Assembly (NCBI GenBank): GCA_976551045.1
Contig: CDPCPM010000104.1
Coordinates: forward strand, 1,364,001 to 1,428,000
DNA: 64,000 nt
Direction of reading: 5' to 3'
Origin: Glaucostegus cemiculus
Lineage: Eukaryota
Program-made: the position numbers and the translations under genes
Notes under the pieces: generated by a model
Told to the model about the DNA's origin: nothing
Seen by the model: only the letters and a program-made list of their open reading frames with translations
The model's database searches: none
Shown: positions 34,626 through 47,957 of the stretch, piece after piece
Numbering within the stretch: the first letter of the stretch is position 1
Layout: each line of letters begins with the position of its first letter

Positions 34626-36368
34626 TCGCAATCGATAGTCAGATGATCTGACATTAGTTTTCCATTTTAGCCAAAATACCGTTTGTTTTTGCACATAGCC
34701 AATCGGCTCATCACCGCATTACTCTAAACCGCTGTCGCTTTAACTGTGTTTGGGGAAAACCTCATAACTTTCGGTCGCCTTTCATTTGATTTCCTGGGGC
34801 TGGGATCCGAGTCTTAGTCCCCTGCCCAAGCTGCTCTACCCAATTGTAACTTAAAGAATAGTCACAACAATAACCCAGGGTCACTTGACGATGAGACCAA
34901 GTAGTCGAGGGGTTACTGGACAATTGGCTGTGACATCTCGCATTTGGCGGAAAAGTCACAGAAAACGAGGAAACGACTTATTAATAACTTATACTGTGCC
35001 GTCGCGTTAATGAAAATAACTCGGTCCTGCGGCAACTTTTAAAGGGGCAGTGGTCTGGAAGATTTAAATGGACAATGATTAATCACAAACTGAGTTTTCT
35101 TGCCGAAAGATAATTGTCAAGGTTATATTATTACATCCACGCCTTACTATAAAGGGATAGACACTCTCGTTCTCTTGCGAACCAGACGTGCGGTTACAGG
35201 CACAGAGAACACACACAGATTCAGAATCACTTCCACAGATAGACATATGGACATTCACATTTATATTATGTAATTTACACACACACGCTCAGATAGATGC
35301 GTGGACATATTCGCCCGGACAGAAACACGCCCACAAACATGCACAGGGAAACTCATACGCTTACTAAGAAAAACACAATCCCTGAGGAGACATCCGCTCG
35401 TATTCTGTTGTAAAGGCCTACTGGATAAAGACGTTGCCCTGTGTAACAATGCGCCCAGATCTCGAACTCGGCACCACAGTTTACTTTGAGGTCTCTGACT
35501 GGGGATAGGGAGCTCCGATTCCTGGTTATTACGTGGTGGTAACCCGTAAAAGGAAAACATGGTCGTATCAAAGCTGGGCAAGAAAGTTTGATGTAGAGTA
35601 TGGTGTTCTCTGCAGTAAAACAGGCCATTGGCACTCACTCTTGAGGCTCAAGCATTGCGAATGGAGTAGACTGGTCAAACTGTACTCTGTAAGATTCAAG
35701 GACAGGGTGAGTGGGACATTGGGCATTAGTATACAATGTACAACGGCAAACTGGCAGTCAAGCTGACACTCCATTTGATTTTCTTTTCCACTGATTTCAA
35801 CTGAACGGAATATGGATTCGCTGATAGCTGCTTTACCGCCCAAGTTCATTTTAACTCCCTGTGGTTTTAGGAAACTGTGAAGGAAAACTACTGAAAAGGG
35901 GAGAAATACAGGCATAAACCCAAACATAGGAACACACAGACATTTTCACAGTCACAAGGGCACTTTAATGCACTCATCCGGAACAGTTGCACTGGCCCGG
36001 GGCAGTTAATACAATACACTGCAGGATATACCACCTCAGTCATCGTACCCAACTATTGGCTCAATATTGGATACATTTAAATAATAGCCATCAAAAACGG
36101 ACTTCTATCCTGACAACAAAACGCACAAAACTATATTTGCCGAGCATACCAATAGTCCATTTGAGATGTTCTTAACATCAATCCATTGAGAATCTCATGT
36201 CACCTCATGCCTCTTAAGTTGATGATTCTACTTCAACATCTGAAATAGTTTCACACTGAGGGACAGGCTAACGATGGAGTAGAATACATGGAGTCTCACA
36301 GTACAAATAGACCAGAAATAAAATACATAACAGCAAACAGGAATAAATAGCTGGTATCTCTCGTGCAT

Positions 36369-36501
36369 NNNNNNNNNNNNNNNNNNNNNNNNNNNNNNNN
36401 NNNNNNNNNNNNNNNNNNNNNNNNNNNNNNNNNNNNNNNNNNNNNNNNNNNNNNNNNNNNNNNNNNNNNNNNNNNNNNNNNNNNNNNNNNNNNNNNNNNN
36501 N
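36369..36501. other. Assembly gap (133 N)
   Basis: Run of N. Confidence 1.
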
Positions 36502-37043
36502 AACTCCCAAATGTTCCTAGACACATGCAACGGAATATTTTTTTAAAAATCACAAATAAAGATATGCAAATACCAACGCATAAGGAATTAGCGTTTAAAC
36601 TTTGCACATAAACTGACAATAATAACACTGACATTCTTAAAGACATAGATATTCAAAACATAATGAAATGCATACTTAAGGAAAAATGACCTATTTGGCC
36701 CTTTGAGCCCACTCTACAAATAATATAAATAACACTGAAGTAATTTCTTTTGTACAAAATGTCATATTGACATGTGTCATCTCCCTTTTAAAATGAACTG
36801 GGATTTTTTTTTAAATAAGAGCTTTCCTCTTTAAACAACCTCTTGGCAGACATTTCCTGAAAATATGCAAGAACACCAGAGAATTTCAGAACAGGAAAAG
36901 GCCAGTAGTCCTGAAAACCATTTTTTTTTGGAGAGTGACAAACATAAATATAGTAGTTTTAAGATAGGCAATGTCCCGAGACGCTTGACAGGACTGAAAT
37001 AAATGAATCGATACCAAACCATAAATCAGAGGGAGTTGATGGG

Positions 37044-37045
<2 letters not shown>

Positions 37046-37132
<87 letters not shown>
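37046..37132. repeat. Compound (TG)n(AG)n microsatellite
   Basis: Direct reading. Confidence 0.95.
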
Positions 37133-37135
<3 letters not shown>

Positions 37136-37149
37136 TCGCAAAGGTACGT

Positions 37150-38150
37150 TGAAATGGGGAGAGCGGCTATAGGGTATTGGGTTGTTCCCTCGGGCGCTGG
37201 CATGGGCCAGATGGGCCAAATCGCCTCCTTCTGTGTTGTATTGTATAATATACTAAAAGCTGAAAGGAGATATTAGGAGGGGCAATAGAAGGAATGGCTT
37301 AAAGGTGGGTTTTCAGAGAATTCTTGAAAGATATAGTGAATGGTCAAGAGGGGATGTCCCAGAGGGAATTGTGCTGAAGCAGTTGATGGAGTCGAGGACA
37401 AATGGTGAGTTAATGATCTGAGTCAGAGGAATTAAAGGCACGAGGGAGATGTAAAGTTGAAAAAAATAGCTTTTATTGTATGGGAGGAGAGGGTGGAAGT
37501 AGCAACGGTGAATATCACCTTCTCGCCATTGGTCAATTATTTCCTGATCCCCCCCCCCCCCCATTTCATTCTCCGCATCACTGATCTTCCTTAATAACAC
37601 TCCTTGAATCTACTATGCCTCAGGTATAAATGTTCTGCCCATTTTCTCAGCTTCCTTCGCTATTCCTAATGTTGCTCATTTGGTCCCGTAGTTCTGCGGG
37701 ATTTCCCCTGCCAGTCTCTCCAGTTTGGTATGCTGGACTTCTTTATTCAAATACCTTCACCTGCTCCATCATCCCTCTTTGCTCGAAACATCCGAAGCTT
37801 ACGAGGTCATTCAGGGACAGACATTGCTGAAGTCACACAGAGATGTCACATTTCCTTCCCTGAATTAGTGGCATTAGTTTTTCTGTCAATCCAACCATGG
37901 TTACCATCGGCTTCTCTTCAATTGTCGATTTACTTAATTACCACAGTGCGGGCCTTGTGTGGGCAAATGGGATGCGTGCAGATGGGCAAGACGGACATCA
38001 TGGATGTGGTGGGCCGAAGGGTCCATTTCCTTGCTGTTCAACTCCGTGACTCTTTGACTCAACTTGAATTTCAGTTCCCCAGCTGCCAGCGGGGGATTGG
38101 AGCTCTTATCTGGATCAATGGTCTAAGCAGCTTGAGCATTTCAAAAACCT
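37150..38150. mobile_element. Cluster of degraded repeats: CR1/SINE tails (37150-37255 and 37950-38060, +), L2-like pieces, SINE head (about 38060-38140, -)
   Basis: gatgggccaaatcgcctccttctgtgttg and gtgggccgaagggtccatttccttgctg tails. Confidence 0.55.
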
Positions 38151-40537
38151 GGCACCCTTGATTATGTCTTTAGTCTTTACTCCTAATCTCGGTTCCAGTC
38201 CTGCTTGATGACTGCTGTTCTCTGAATCTTTATTAGGCATCTTGACACACATTCATTGGAATTGTATTCACAGTTGCAATTTTAACACACCTCTGGCATT
38301 TCCATTCCTGACATCGGTGAAGAGTTTGCTTGAAACATTGTGGATAATTAATTTCCTCCATAATCCTCAAAACCTCGAAAAATGCACTCATCTCTTCTCA
38401 TCCTCAAGGAAATATACCCTAGCTCACAATAAATTCTCTCCGCAATTTAGATTTAAGAAATCCTGGGGAAAAAATCAATTTTAATCCCAACAGTCGTCAG
38501 GTCCTGTTCCAGGGGACCGTCTGATTTCTGGGAAACAGGTCTATGAGTTGGTCTCACTTTGCCCACCCCATGAACTCCACCTGTTCTTCTCCCGTTCCCG
38601 TGGATCACCCACAGTAAATACACCTGGCGGGTACCAGCTCCCCAGAATCGAAATAAATGAGTGCCAATAGAAAATAAACCTTTACGTTCTCTCAAAGGTA
38701 ACAATATCCACCCAATAGCTAGTCGGCCAGAGTAGTGTAAATGAAACGCTGGAGAGGTGAGGTGATTTTAAGCGACAACGGCAGAGAACCTGCGCTCACT
38801 TCCTTTCGACTGAAGAGAGACGCCGTCAACAAACTACACATTCCGAATCATCAACAAGCAGCCGGCAGTGTAGCAGAGAGAATGAGACTGCCACTACATC
38901 AATATACGTCTTGCTAAAGACATTGTATTTGATCAGATTCATTGCTTCCTTTTATTCGCTCATTAAATAAAGATAATTATGTAAATCACAATCACGCTGG
39001 GTTTAAAGCTGTTTAGTGAAATGTGGGTATATTTGCCGCCACTGACCTGTTTTCTACCTTAAGCGATGGTTCCCTGGAATTATGGCATGTGGTTTGCGCA
39101 GCCCTACGCCACATGTGCATATTTCAGTGGGGTATACCTGTGTGCAGTGTATCTGTGTAGAATTTGTGATTCTACCTTCGTACCTATCTGTTATCTTAGA
39201 TGTGATTACGAGGGGGATGCTAGTGTATTGAATTATCATCTGGAGTCTGAAGAGGCAGACTCTTAATTTCGGCCACTTCATTTCGACTTTGATGTTTGTG
39301 TCGGATTTGATAAACTCTTGACATCATTAGCCACCCGAACCTGTAATATGACACAACCTGGGCCTCGTGAGACTGCTCGTCTCCTCTCATCCCGACCAAG
39401 GTTCCATATCAGTTTCACGCACCCCCAATGGGTGGTTTGTGCCATACGTTCCAGTTCTTCCAGAAAGGGAACTAAACGCGCCCTGTTTTCTCACAACTTT
39501 CCCCACTTCGCCGCAAGAGGATATTTTCCATTCGCCATGCAAAGAGGTGATTTGTTAATCAGAGTCCGGGAAGGAAAGCAGCGACCTGCAGCTCCTGCGG
39601 AGATGTTAACATTAGTAAGCCTCCCAGTGCCAAGTGACAAGACCGCGCGCTTTCCTTACATTCATTGACATGGTGCCTTAGGAACGTTCCTATGAAAACA
39701 CAGTGCAAGGTTTTACGAGAGGTTGGCAGTGATAATGGACGAACTTAAGCGGCGATTCAGAGACTGCTGCCGTTCTGTATTCAGACGGCCGCCTCCAATC
39801 TGAAGTTGTACTTTGATGGTGTTGACGGGTCACAGTCACGACATCCATTGAGGTCCGTCACGAGTTAGATGAAAAATCTTGAGGGGGTCAATACATTTAA
39901 TGATATTTGCATAACGTCAAAACGTATTCATTAATAAAGTTAAAATAACATTTACTTTATTAAGGTTAGAATAAGAGCAAACTTTGATTCGTTTCCCTTT
40001 TAAAATAAAATTATAAATAATAAGTAATATGCATATCGGTTTTGTAAGGCTGCAGACGCCGAAATGCTGACATTGCATTTAAGGGTGCATGGGCAATTAT
40101 ATCTGCGTGTGTGTAAAAGTTAAGGACTACTATATGACCGTCTTTTTGTTCTAATTATTTACATGTGTACCGACGTTTAATTAATGGAATCTGTTGGTGC
40201 CAGTCAGACACCAGTCGCTGGGATTCTGCTGCCTCGGTAAAAGATTTTGTTTTACATACCACTTATGACGGACTGTACAAACAGTTTTCCTGAATCTAAA
40301 GTGTACTGCCGGGAGAGTTACGGTTTTTTTTCTATCTAGTTGATTCAATTTATCAAACACTTCGGATCTCACTGCAACCCCGGAGCTCAAGTCAAGAGGA
40401 AGCGATCTCCAATTCGCAGGGGCTGCTGGAGAGAATTCCAACCCGCAGGATCTACATTTAATTGCCCGCGTGTTACATGGTGAATAATGCGCAGATTATT
40501 GTGGGAGGCATAAATTGAATAGAACTATGAATCTCAA

Positions 40538-40557
40538 ATATATATATATATATATAT
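40538..40557. repeat. (AT)n microsatellite
   Basis: Direct reading. Confidence 0.9.
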
Positions 40558-43500
40558 CTGAATCGGGAATCAGGACGATATTTTAATTTAAAATATTCAA
40601 AAAGAGAGGAAAAGATTGTTAATTAGATTGTTACATTGAATAATTGCTTTAAAGATAAACAACCGCGAAACTAACTGTCTACATCTCTTTAAATTCTCTT
40701 CGCTTGCCCGGAACCGTTTGTTTATCCAACTGGATAAGAATGTGGATACAAAGGGGGGAAATACTTAATAGGGTTACACTTTATTTTCTCGTTTTCATTC
40801 CAAACGTTTCAATTTGTGGCTGTTTAAAAAAAATCAGATTAAATTAAATCGATTTAAGGGAGAAAGTGCTCCATTAGTCTGGATTCATGTTTACGTTCTG
40901 TCAATATTGTGACATTATTCCTCCAGTTACTGTGACGGGATCTCCCGTGTTTGCTTGTATTTTTGCGATTCTTTTCCAAGATATTTGTTGGCCTCGCTTA
41001 TAGTGTCGGTGTGATTTGATTGCCATTAATCACTCTCACAATTACCAGAGCTCTCCACGGTTATACTTCATCAACGTTTCTCCGTTCGCTTCATTAAAAC
41101 GACACCTTCTCTGATTAAACAGGAGACACCGAGCTCAGGAACTGGGACCAATCGCTGCGTTCAATGGGAAACCAAATCGGAAACCAGGGCAAGTTTTTTT
41201 TTCCGGGACCTTTATTCAAGCATTTGAATCCTTATTATTTGAATTTAGTTTTTGAAAAATTTTTAGGTTTTCTTTCTCTGAGATTCCTCTCTTTCTTTGT
41301 CCTCCCCTCACCCCTGCGGTGATTTTGGTTTCACTTCACCCCGATCAGTATCAAAACGCACAGAAGGACAAGTTTCGCTAATCGCTTGTTCTGACTTCAA
41401 AAGGGTCCTGGACTTGGAGAAGGCCGTCGGGAGGTTGGTATCACTGATCTGTTTATTGCTCCACATGGGGATGCCTTTTAAATATAGATATTATATATTA
41501 CTAGTCTTCTTCAAACACTCGTTGCGGGTCCTAGTCCATGATTCAGTATTTTACCTGCTCAGACATTTAGTTGGGTCGGATATCGATTTAAGTTCACGGA
41601 TGAAGTCCGGGAACTTCTCTGTCTGGGCTTTTGGATTGGACGAAAGACTGGCTTCGACATATCCAACGTTCCAATGTACATTTAAATACGAGCAGGTTAT
41701 ATCCACTTAAAACACTATTAGATATGTATTCGTAATGAAACTGTAAAGTGCTGGATCACTTTACTGGTTTATCTCTTAGCTGAAACATTTTAATTATAAC
41801 TTGCAGAAACAAAATTGCCGGCTTTTAACCAAATTGCAATTCAAGGCCAAGAGAGATTTTAAAGCAGAACTAATGCTTAGCTGTGCCGGAATGGGAAACA
41901 CAAGGGGCAGAGATGTTCAAACCTCGATTACAGATCGCCAAAATAGTGCGTATGGCATCAGCTTTTCACACCAATTTCCTGCATTGGTGACTCTATACCA
42001 AATGGACACAATCAACATATACCGCCTACCAAAGGAAAACGGTGCCACTTTGAGTCCACGACAGTACTTTGTCTATCGTGTTCCTAGAAAGTATTAAAGA
42101 GGAAACAATCCCGATACATATTTTCCTTTAATACTTATTCAAATGCTCGTAGAGCGACGACCCGTTGATTTTTTTTTTCAAAAGCTGATCAAAAGCAAGG
42201 GAGAGGATTGGATGCGTTGAAATTTTTCCTTGAAACAGCAGCTCATGTGGTCTAATTAGTACATTTATGTAAATTAGATGCAGATGAGATTTACTGTTGC
42301 AGATGATATTGTTAGGTATCCGCCGTATTATGCATTAGTTCAACAGTTTCTGCAAACAGCCCAGACACATCTAAAATCTGTCCCTGGGATTAACAATAAC
42401 CCTAATTATGGCATGCAGGTGTTGATTCACATCTCTTCAGACAAATGGAAAATATTGCACACAATTCTGCGGTATGATGGCGAAAACTACATTTACAGAA
42501 CAGGTTTAAAAACTTCCATACTCATCAACTGCACTAATCAATTTAGTTAGAATATTTGGCTTCTAGGGACAAGAAAACTAGGACTTAGGTATTTCCACTG
42601 CAATTCTCATGAGCCCTTCTGCCTCCTGGAACGAAACTGCTAACCTTTGATCACACAATGATTACGAAAATTAAGGTTAAGGTATTACACTTCAATTTCA
42701 GATGTCGAACATGTAAGTTAACTTAGTCCGGTGTCAATTGAGTATATTAGTGCAGGAATATTTTTATCTGCGACAATTCATTCTCACTGTGCTAATTACA
42801 ACGAAAGGTATCCCGGTCCCAGGCTCAGTCTCTTGAACCCCATCATTTCGGATGGAGATTTCGCTTTAAGTACTTGATACCTCTTTCTTTCTAGAAGCCC
42901 TTCATATCAGCAATCCTCAGAATGCCGCAGGAAATAGCGAATCAGTGTGTTTATGTCTTCTGATTTCCCATCCATCCACTTGCTTTGCTAATAGATGAAT
43001 TTTTAAAGATTATTGGTATTTATCAATACGATAGGAGAGCAGGCAGCTGTACAGTCCACAATCATTTCTGCAGATCAGTTTAAGAATTCTTGACGCACTG
43101 CAACGGTGAAACCGCATTCGTGTCCAACGTTACACATCATGAAGTTTATATAAACAATCGCTGGTTCTGAATTGAATGATTGGGACCAATTTACAGAGCC
43201 CCAGCCTGTTAACACCTGCAAAACACAGGATCTGGTATTTACACTTCGCACATTAGACGAACTAGTTAAGCGATTTTCCCCATCAAGAAAAGGCTTGCAA
43301 CCGTTTCAGAAGTGGAAACAGTGGCTGGATTAAACTATTGTTTAAAAGAACACTACCTATCTAATGTTGAAACAGTAACATTTCAGGACGTGTGAGAGAT
43401 TTAATGGGTTAATCAGAAGATACGTATTTATCTGAAGAGTGCCTGGTTCAATTAAACACAGAGTTCTGGGCACCATTCCCGCCAACTAACCTGAAGGCCT

Positions 43501-46500
43501 TTAAGGTAAAACAGGATTTCTCGTTCAACCTGTAACTTAAGATGCAGTTAAAAAAAAATCAAGATCGCCTTTCCTTTCCCTATCCCTATCCCCAAATACA
43601 CACGGTTCTACAGCGGGCCCCCACCAAAATAAAAATAGACACAACGCGTCCATCCCGCCTTCCCAAGAAAGAAGCTGGTCAATAAGTTTAACCGGCATGG
43701 CTATTGGTAATGGAAGCTGGATGTGATGTGATAGCTGGTGTACCAGACAACGCAGAACACAGAGCAGCATGCTTGCGGACTTTTACAATAGCCCATCCAA
43801 GGAAGCGACGTTCACAGCAATTTAATACAAAAGGTCAGCAGTGTTTCCTCAACATTGTTTTGTTCAGCTCGTAACATTTTGATTGCAGCCAAGTGAAAGA
43901 TGTGTTTATCTTAAAAAGAAGTCAATCTTTTACTCAAAGTATTAAGGAGTTAGTATTACGCTAAGATAGATACTCCCTCAAGGATGTAAATGGACACCTT
44001 TTTTTAAGGGTTACTTTCACAGACTAACCAGGAATAAAACAGAAGGTCTTGTGGTGGTCAAAACCCTCTCACATGTGCTGTGCTAATGGATTCCCTGTGC
44101 CCAGGGTACATTCCAACACATCATTAAGAACTTGTTTTATTTCGTATATATTATCAGTCGCGATTCACCGCTACATACATTCTGCAGTCAGCCGGGGGTT
44201 CCTCTGGAAGAGGCGACTGACTGGAGTTCATCCTCCTTTTGCGTCCAGTGTGCTGAACGGACAGTCGCTCTTTCATCTAATAAAAATTGACATTTGACTT
44301 GTAGCAAGACGAGCCTATCCGGTCTGTTTTATTTGTTTCAGTTATTCTGTACAGGTTCAAATGTGTATTGCAATTTCATCAGTTTGTTTCTTTGTTAAGG
44401 AACATTTTATGGAGGAGTTTTGAAGCTCTGATCTATATCTAGGACCCGAGTCATGGGCTGGTTACGGCATTTAACACAATCAATTATTTCTTTTAAAAAA
44501 AACCTTGACTAGTAATCAGTCAAACATTGTCAAAGTCCGTTTCTTCTCATTTAACTATTCTTTTATATTAATTTCTGCATGAGATGTCACAAGAACCGAT
44601 AAAATAAATCCAGAATGTGAGTGGGAAGCGACAAACTCCCACTGCACTATGGTGGCAAATTGAAACGAATTAATAGTTTTCGAGGTGTTTGCCAGACATT
44701 TTAAACGAATTATATTGGAAATGACTATTGAGTAATATTGATAGTTACTACATTGATCTTGTAGGAAATATCAGTTGATGAGCACGTGTTTAGAAGGCTT
44801 AAACAATTTAGTTAAAAGATAACATAGATATGCCAGTCCACTCCTGGGTTATAAAGGATGATATATTCAAATTGCTTTTAATATTTTCCGAGTCAAAGTA
44901 TTCTATTTGCTGATTTTTCCCCCTCGAAAATTGCGTTTCTGCTTGCCAGGTAGAGTTATATAGTATGGCTCTCAGCTCTCTCCTGGATACAGGCACATAA
45001 CTGAGAGACTGTTACATTCCGCCACAGTAAAACAGTTTTCTTGAAAAAGACAGAAGCCTTGCCGCAATGCCCTGCACTTCATAAATCACATCTTTATATG
45101 GACAAGGTCAGGGCACCTAACAGCTCAGACATAGGTCTTTGCAGAGTTTCTGCACACTAAGGCATGTTTATTCTCCAGCACAGATCTCTGAGGAGCAGTC
45201 CAGCACGCCTCTAATTACTTTTGATTATTTTCATTTGTTGGGGGTCAGCTCTGCTTGCCAGTGTTGCTGCAGGGCTGATTTACTACAAATTCCATGCCTT
45301 TGAGGGACTGAATGGTGTGTTTTTTAGAATTAGCACCGATTATTCTGCCTCCTTCTTGTGGTGTACTGTAAACAGGAAACCAGGACGGGAGACTGTCCTT
45401 TAGCAGACGCATAGTAGTCCCTCTCTTCTCCTTTAATGAAGCAGAAAGCTTTATTATTTTACACCGGAGACGCACTAATAGAATATTGTGTTGTGCAGCG
45501 AGAGAGCTCACTTCAAAACTCCAGAGAACAACCCCTCCAGTGTCAGCACACTAGAGCCTGACAGATTTTTAATGTCATTAGCAACGGTTAGATTGTCAGG
45601 TCATCTTATTTATATTTGATGTGGGTTTGTACATTAACTTCCTTTCCCCCTCCCGTTTCGTTAGCCAATGAATATTTTACATCTATCATTATATTATTCA
45701 ATGCAAGCAGTTGAACCAGGGAGGGAAGAATTGGTGAGGGGGGGGGGGGGTGTGAACTCACAAATCACAGCGTATTTTACTTTCTCCATTTGAAGCTGGG
45801 TGATTGAATGAATTGTTGAGGATTCATACACTTTCCATCCTAGGGACAAGAACACGTTCGGAAACAATACTAAGAGTAAACCAATCATTTGGAAATATCA
45901 TTATTCTCTCGCGGACGGCTGGAGTCACGTTGATACACGTTTGTTTCTCTTTTTACTTCAAATGCAATTCTTTAGAAGCCTCACTTTTATATGAAAATAA
46001 CTGCCCTTTGAGGCCCTGCGTCGCTTAGCATTGTTTTCGATCTATTACACGTGAAGAAAATAATCAGGAGAACGTTGCCTCCTACACAGCCCCGCGGGTG
46101 GTGCCTTCATACTTGTGTCATTTGGTTCAATATTTGGTTCAATATGGGTGGTTAGAACAGGGTTCACCCCAGCCCAGACTGGGAGAAACTGGCCTCCTCG
46201 CTCGGAGTTACTGCTGGCGCGCAGTTATTACTGCTGCCGTTACATCAACACAAGCTAAAGTCCGAAGTCTAAAGCTCAAAGGTATCGAGGTCCCATCTAA
46301 GGGTCGGATAGAAATACAGTCACAAAGGAAGCCATCCGTGCTGTTCGCGTCCCTCCCATTGGGAGTGGGGGTGGGGGTGGTGAAGGGAGGGGGAGAACTC
46401 CCCTACTTTATCCCACTTCCCAACTCTAAATCCCAATCATTGTGGGTTCTCCTGTAGATGCTCTTCATCGAATTCCTTTTACGTGGGATAATGGGTTTGC

Positions 46501-47874
46501 TTATATCACGCTCTCGGACATTAAGCCTATGCACTCCGGGTGAAATAGTTGTGTCTGTTCAGGAGCCAGGGCCACATATTCCATGAGACCACCGTCCCCT
46601 TCCCTAACTCCAGTCCACTGAGTCTGAGGAAGATGATCATTTCTTTTACCAGCATCCCAACCTTTACTCTCCTGCAACAGGAGACTTCAACGGATCTAAG
46701 CAGATTGGTACAGAGCTCATTCATTGTGACTCCCTACAATATACTGTTGGCAATATAGCTTAAGAAGCCAGCCCAGGGTCACACTTATTATCTGCCTCTT
46801 ATTATAACTGCAGACTCCCCTGTCTGTGTCCCTGACCAATAGTAACAGAAGAATCACACTGGGGCTTTTTAGAGCACATGTGATGCCAGTCTCCCAACAT
46901 GGGTCTGTTAACCATTCCTTGGGTTCTTTAATATGTCAACCATGAAGAGGTGACAATGAAGCCCCTGATGTGATTACTTCTTCCATACTGAATCTTGTTA
47001 ATGAAACATTTGTCAAATCAATTTGATTTAGTTCAGTAATTCATAACCATTTCAGGTCAAAGAATATCTTTTGTCATCCTCAGCAAAGATTAATTTAGCT
47101 AAAGAGACCATGACGAACTGGGATCCTTGCAATAATCACTTGAATAAGTGCAAAATAAGTAAGTGAGTGTTGTAATCTAAGACACCATCTTTACCCTAGT
47201 AATTCTGGTATATATCAAATTAATTTGGCACCGAGAAGGACATTATTGCTGGCAAGCAATGTTGAAATATTCAACAAAGTGCTACTCAATATTTCCCATG
47301 TTGGGATTCAGTTTATACATTAATCTTTAATGTGAAATTATTAACCATTCTTTTGACAATGTAAAGTGGGGCTTGACCGTGTACCTCAGCAATTAGGACT
47401 TGATCTGACAAGTAGAAATGGGGAGGTGAGATACCCTCATTCCCTTTTGCCAAGTGGCCAAATCCCACTATTTTGCCTTTTTTACAAAATATATTTGGCT
47501 TAAGTGATCTGTTGGGCACCTTTTAAACTTACCTTTCAACATCTCAAGAAGAGCCACCAATGTAGCTGAGTTCAATAGATGCACACCTCCATGTGGGTGG
47601 CCTTCCTAGAGCTTATGGTTAGCAGTATAATTCAAGTCAGTTAACTGCACATAGTAAATTTAGGTAATATTATAATGATTTGCTTGTACCCTGTTGTATA
47701 TAAGCAAATATTATTGTAAATACACAGTTCTTTTCTTCAGAAAAGCCCTTCCATCTCTATCTTTAAAGTATCAAATCTAAGTAGTTAATTGTGGTATTAA
47801 TTGTAGGATCTGGTTTATAGAATTTAAACTTATTGCTAAGAATTTTTTTCCCCTGTGAATTGAATGTCAAAGTG

Positions 47875-47957
47875 TACGATTGGTATGCAAGACAAGTTTT
47901 TCACTGTAACTCGGTACAAGTGACAACAATAAACCAATACCAATACCAACACCAATC
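47875..47957 (+). mobile_element. LINE 3' tail with (CCAATA)n
   Basis: tttcactgtaactcggtacaagtgacaacaataaaccaataccaataccaac. Confidence 0.65.

Noticed and set aside
35987-36646. ORFs spanning or next to the N run
   Set aside because: Those spanning the run are artefacts of the assembly gap; the neighbouring one has no recognisable domain.
39180-39200. EVI1 autoregulatory sites (GACAAGATAA-like) here and near 58030 and 63968
   Set aside because: Only partial matches in AT-rich DNA; no full consensus site was found.
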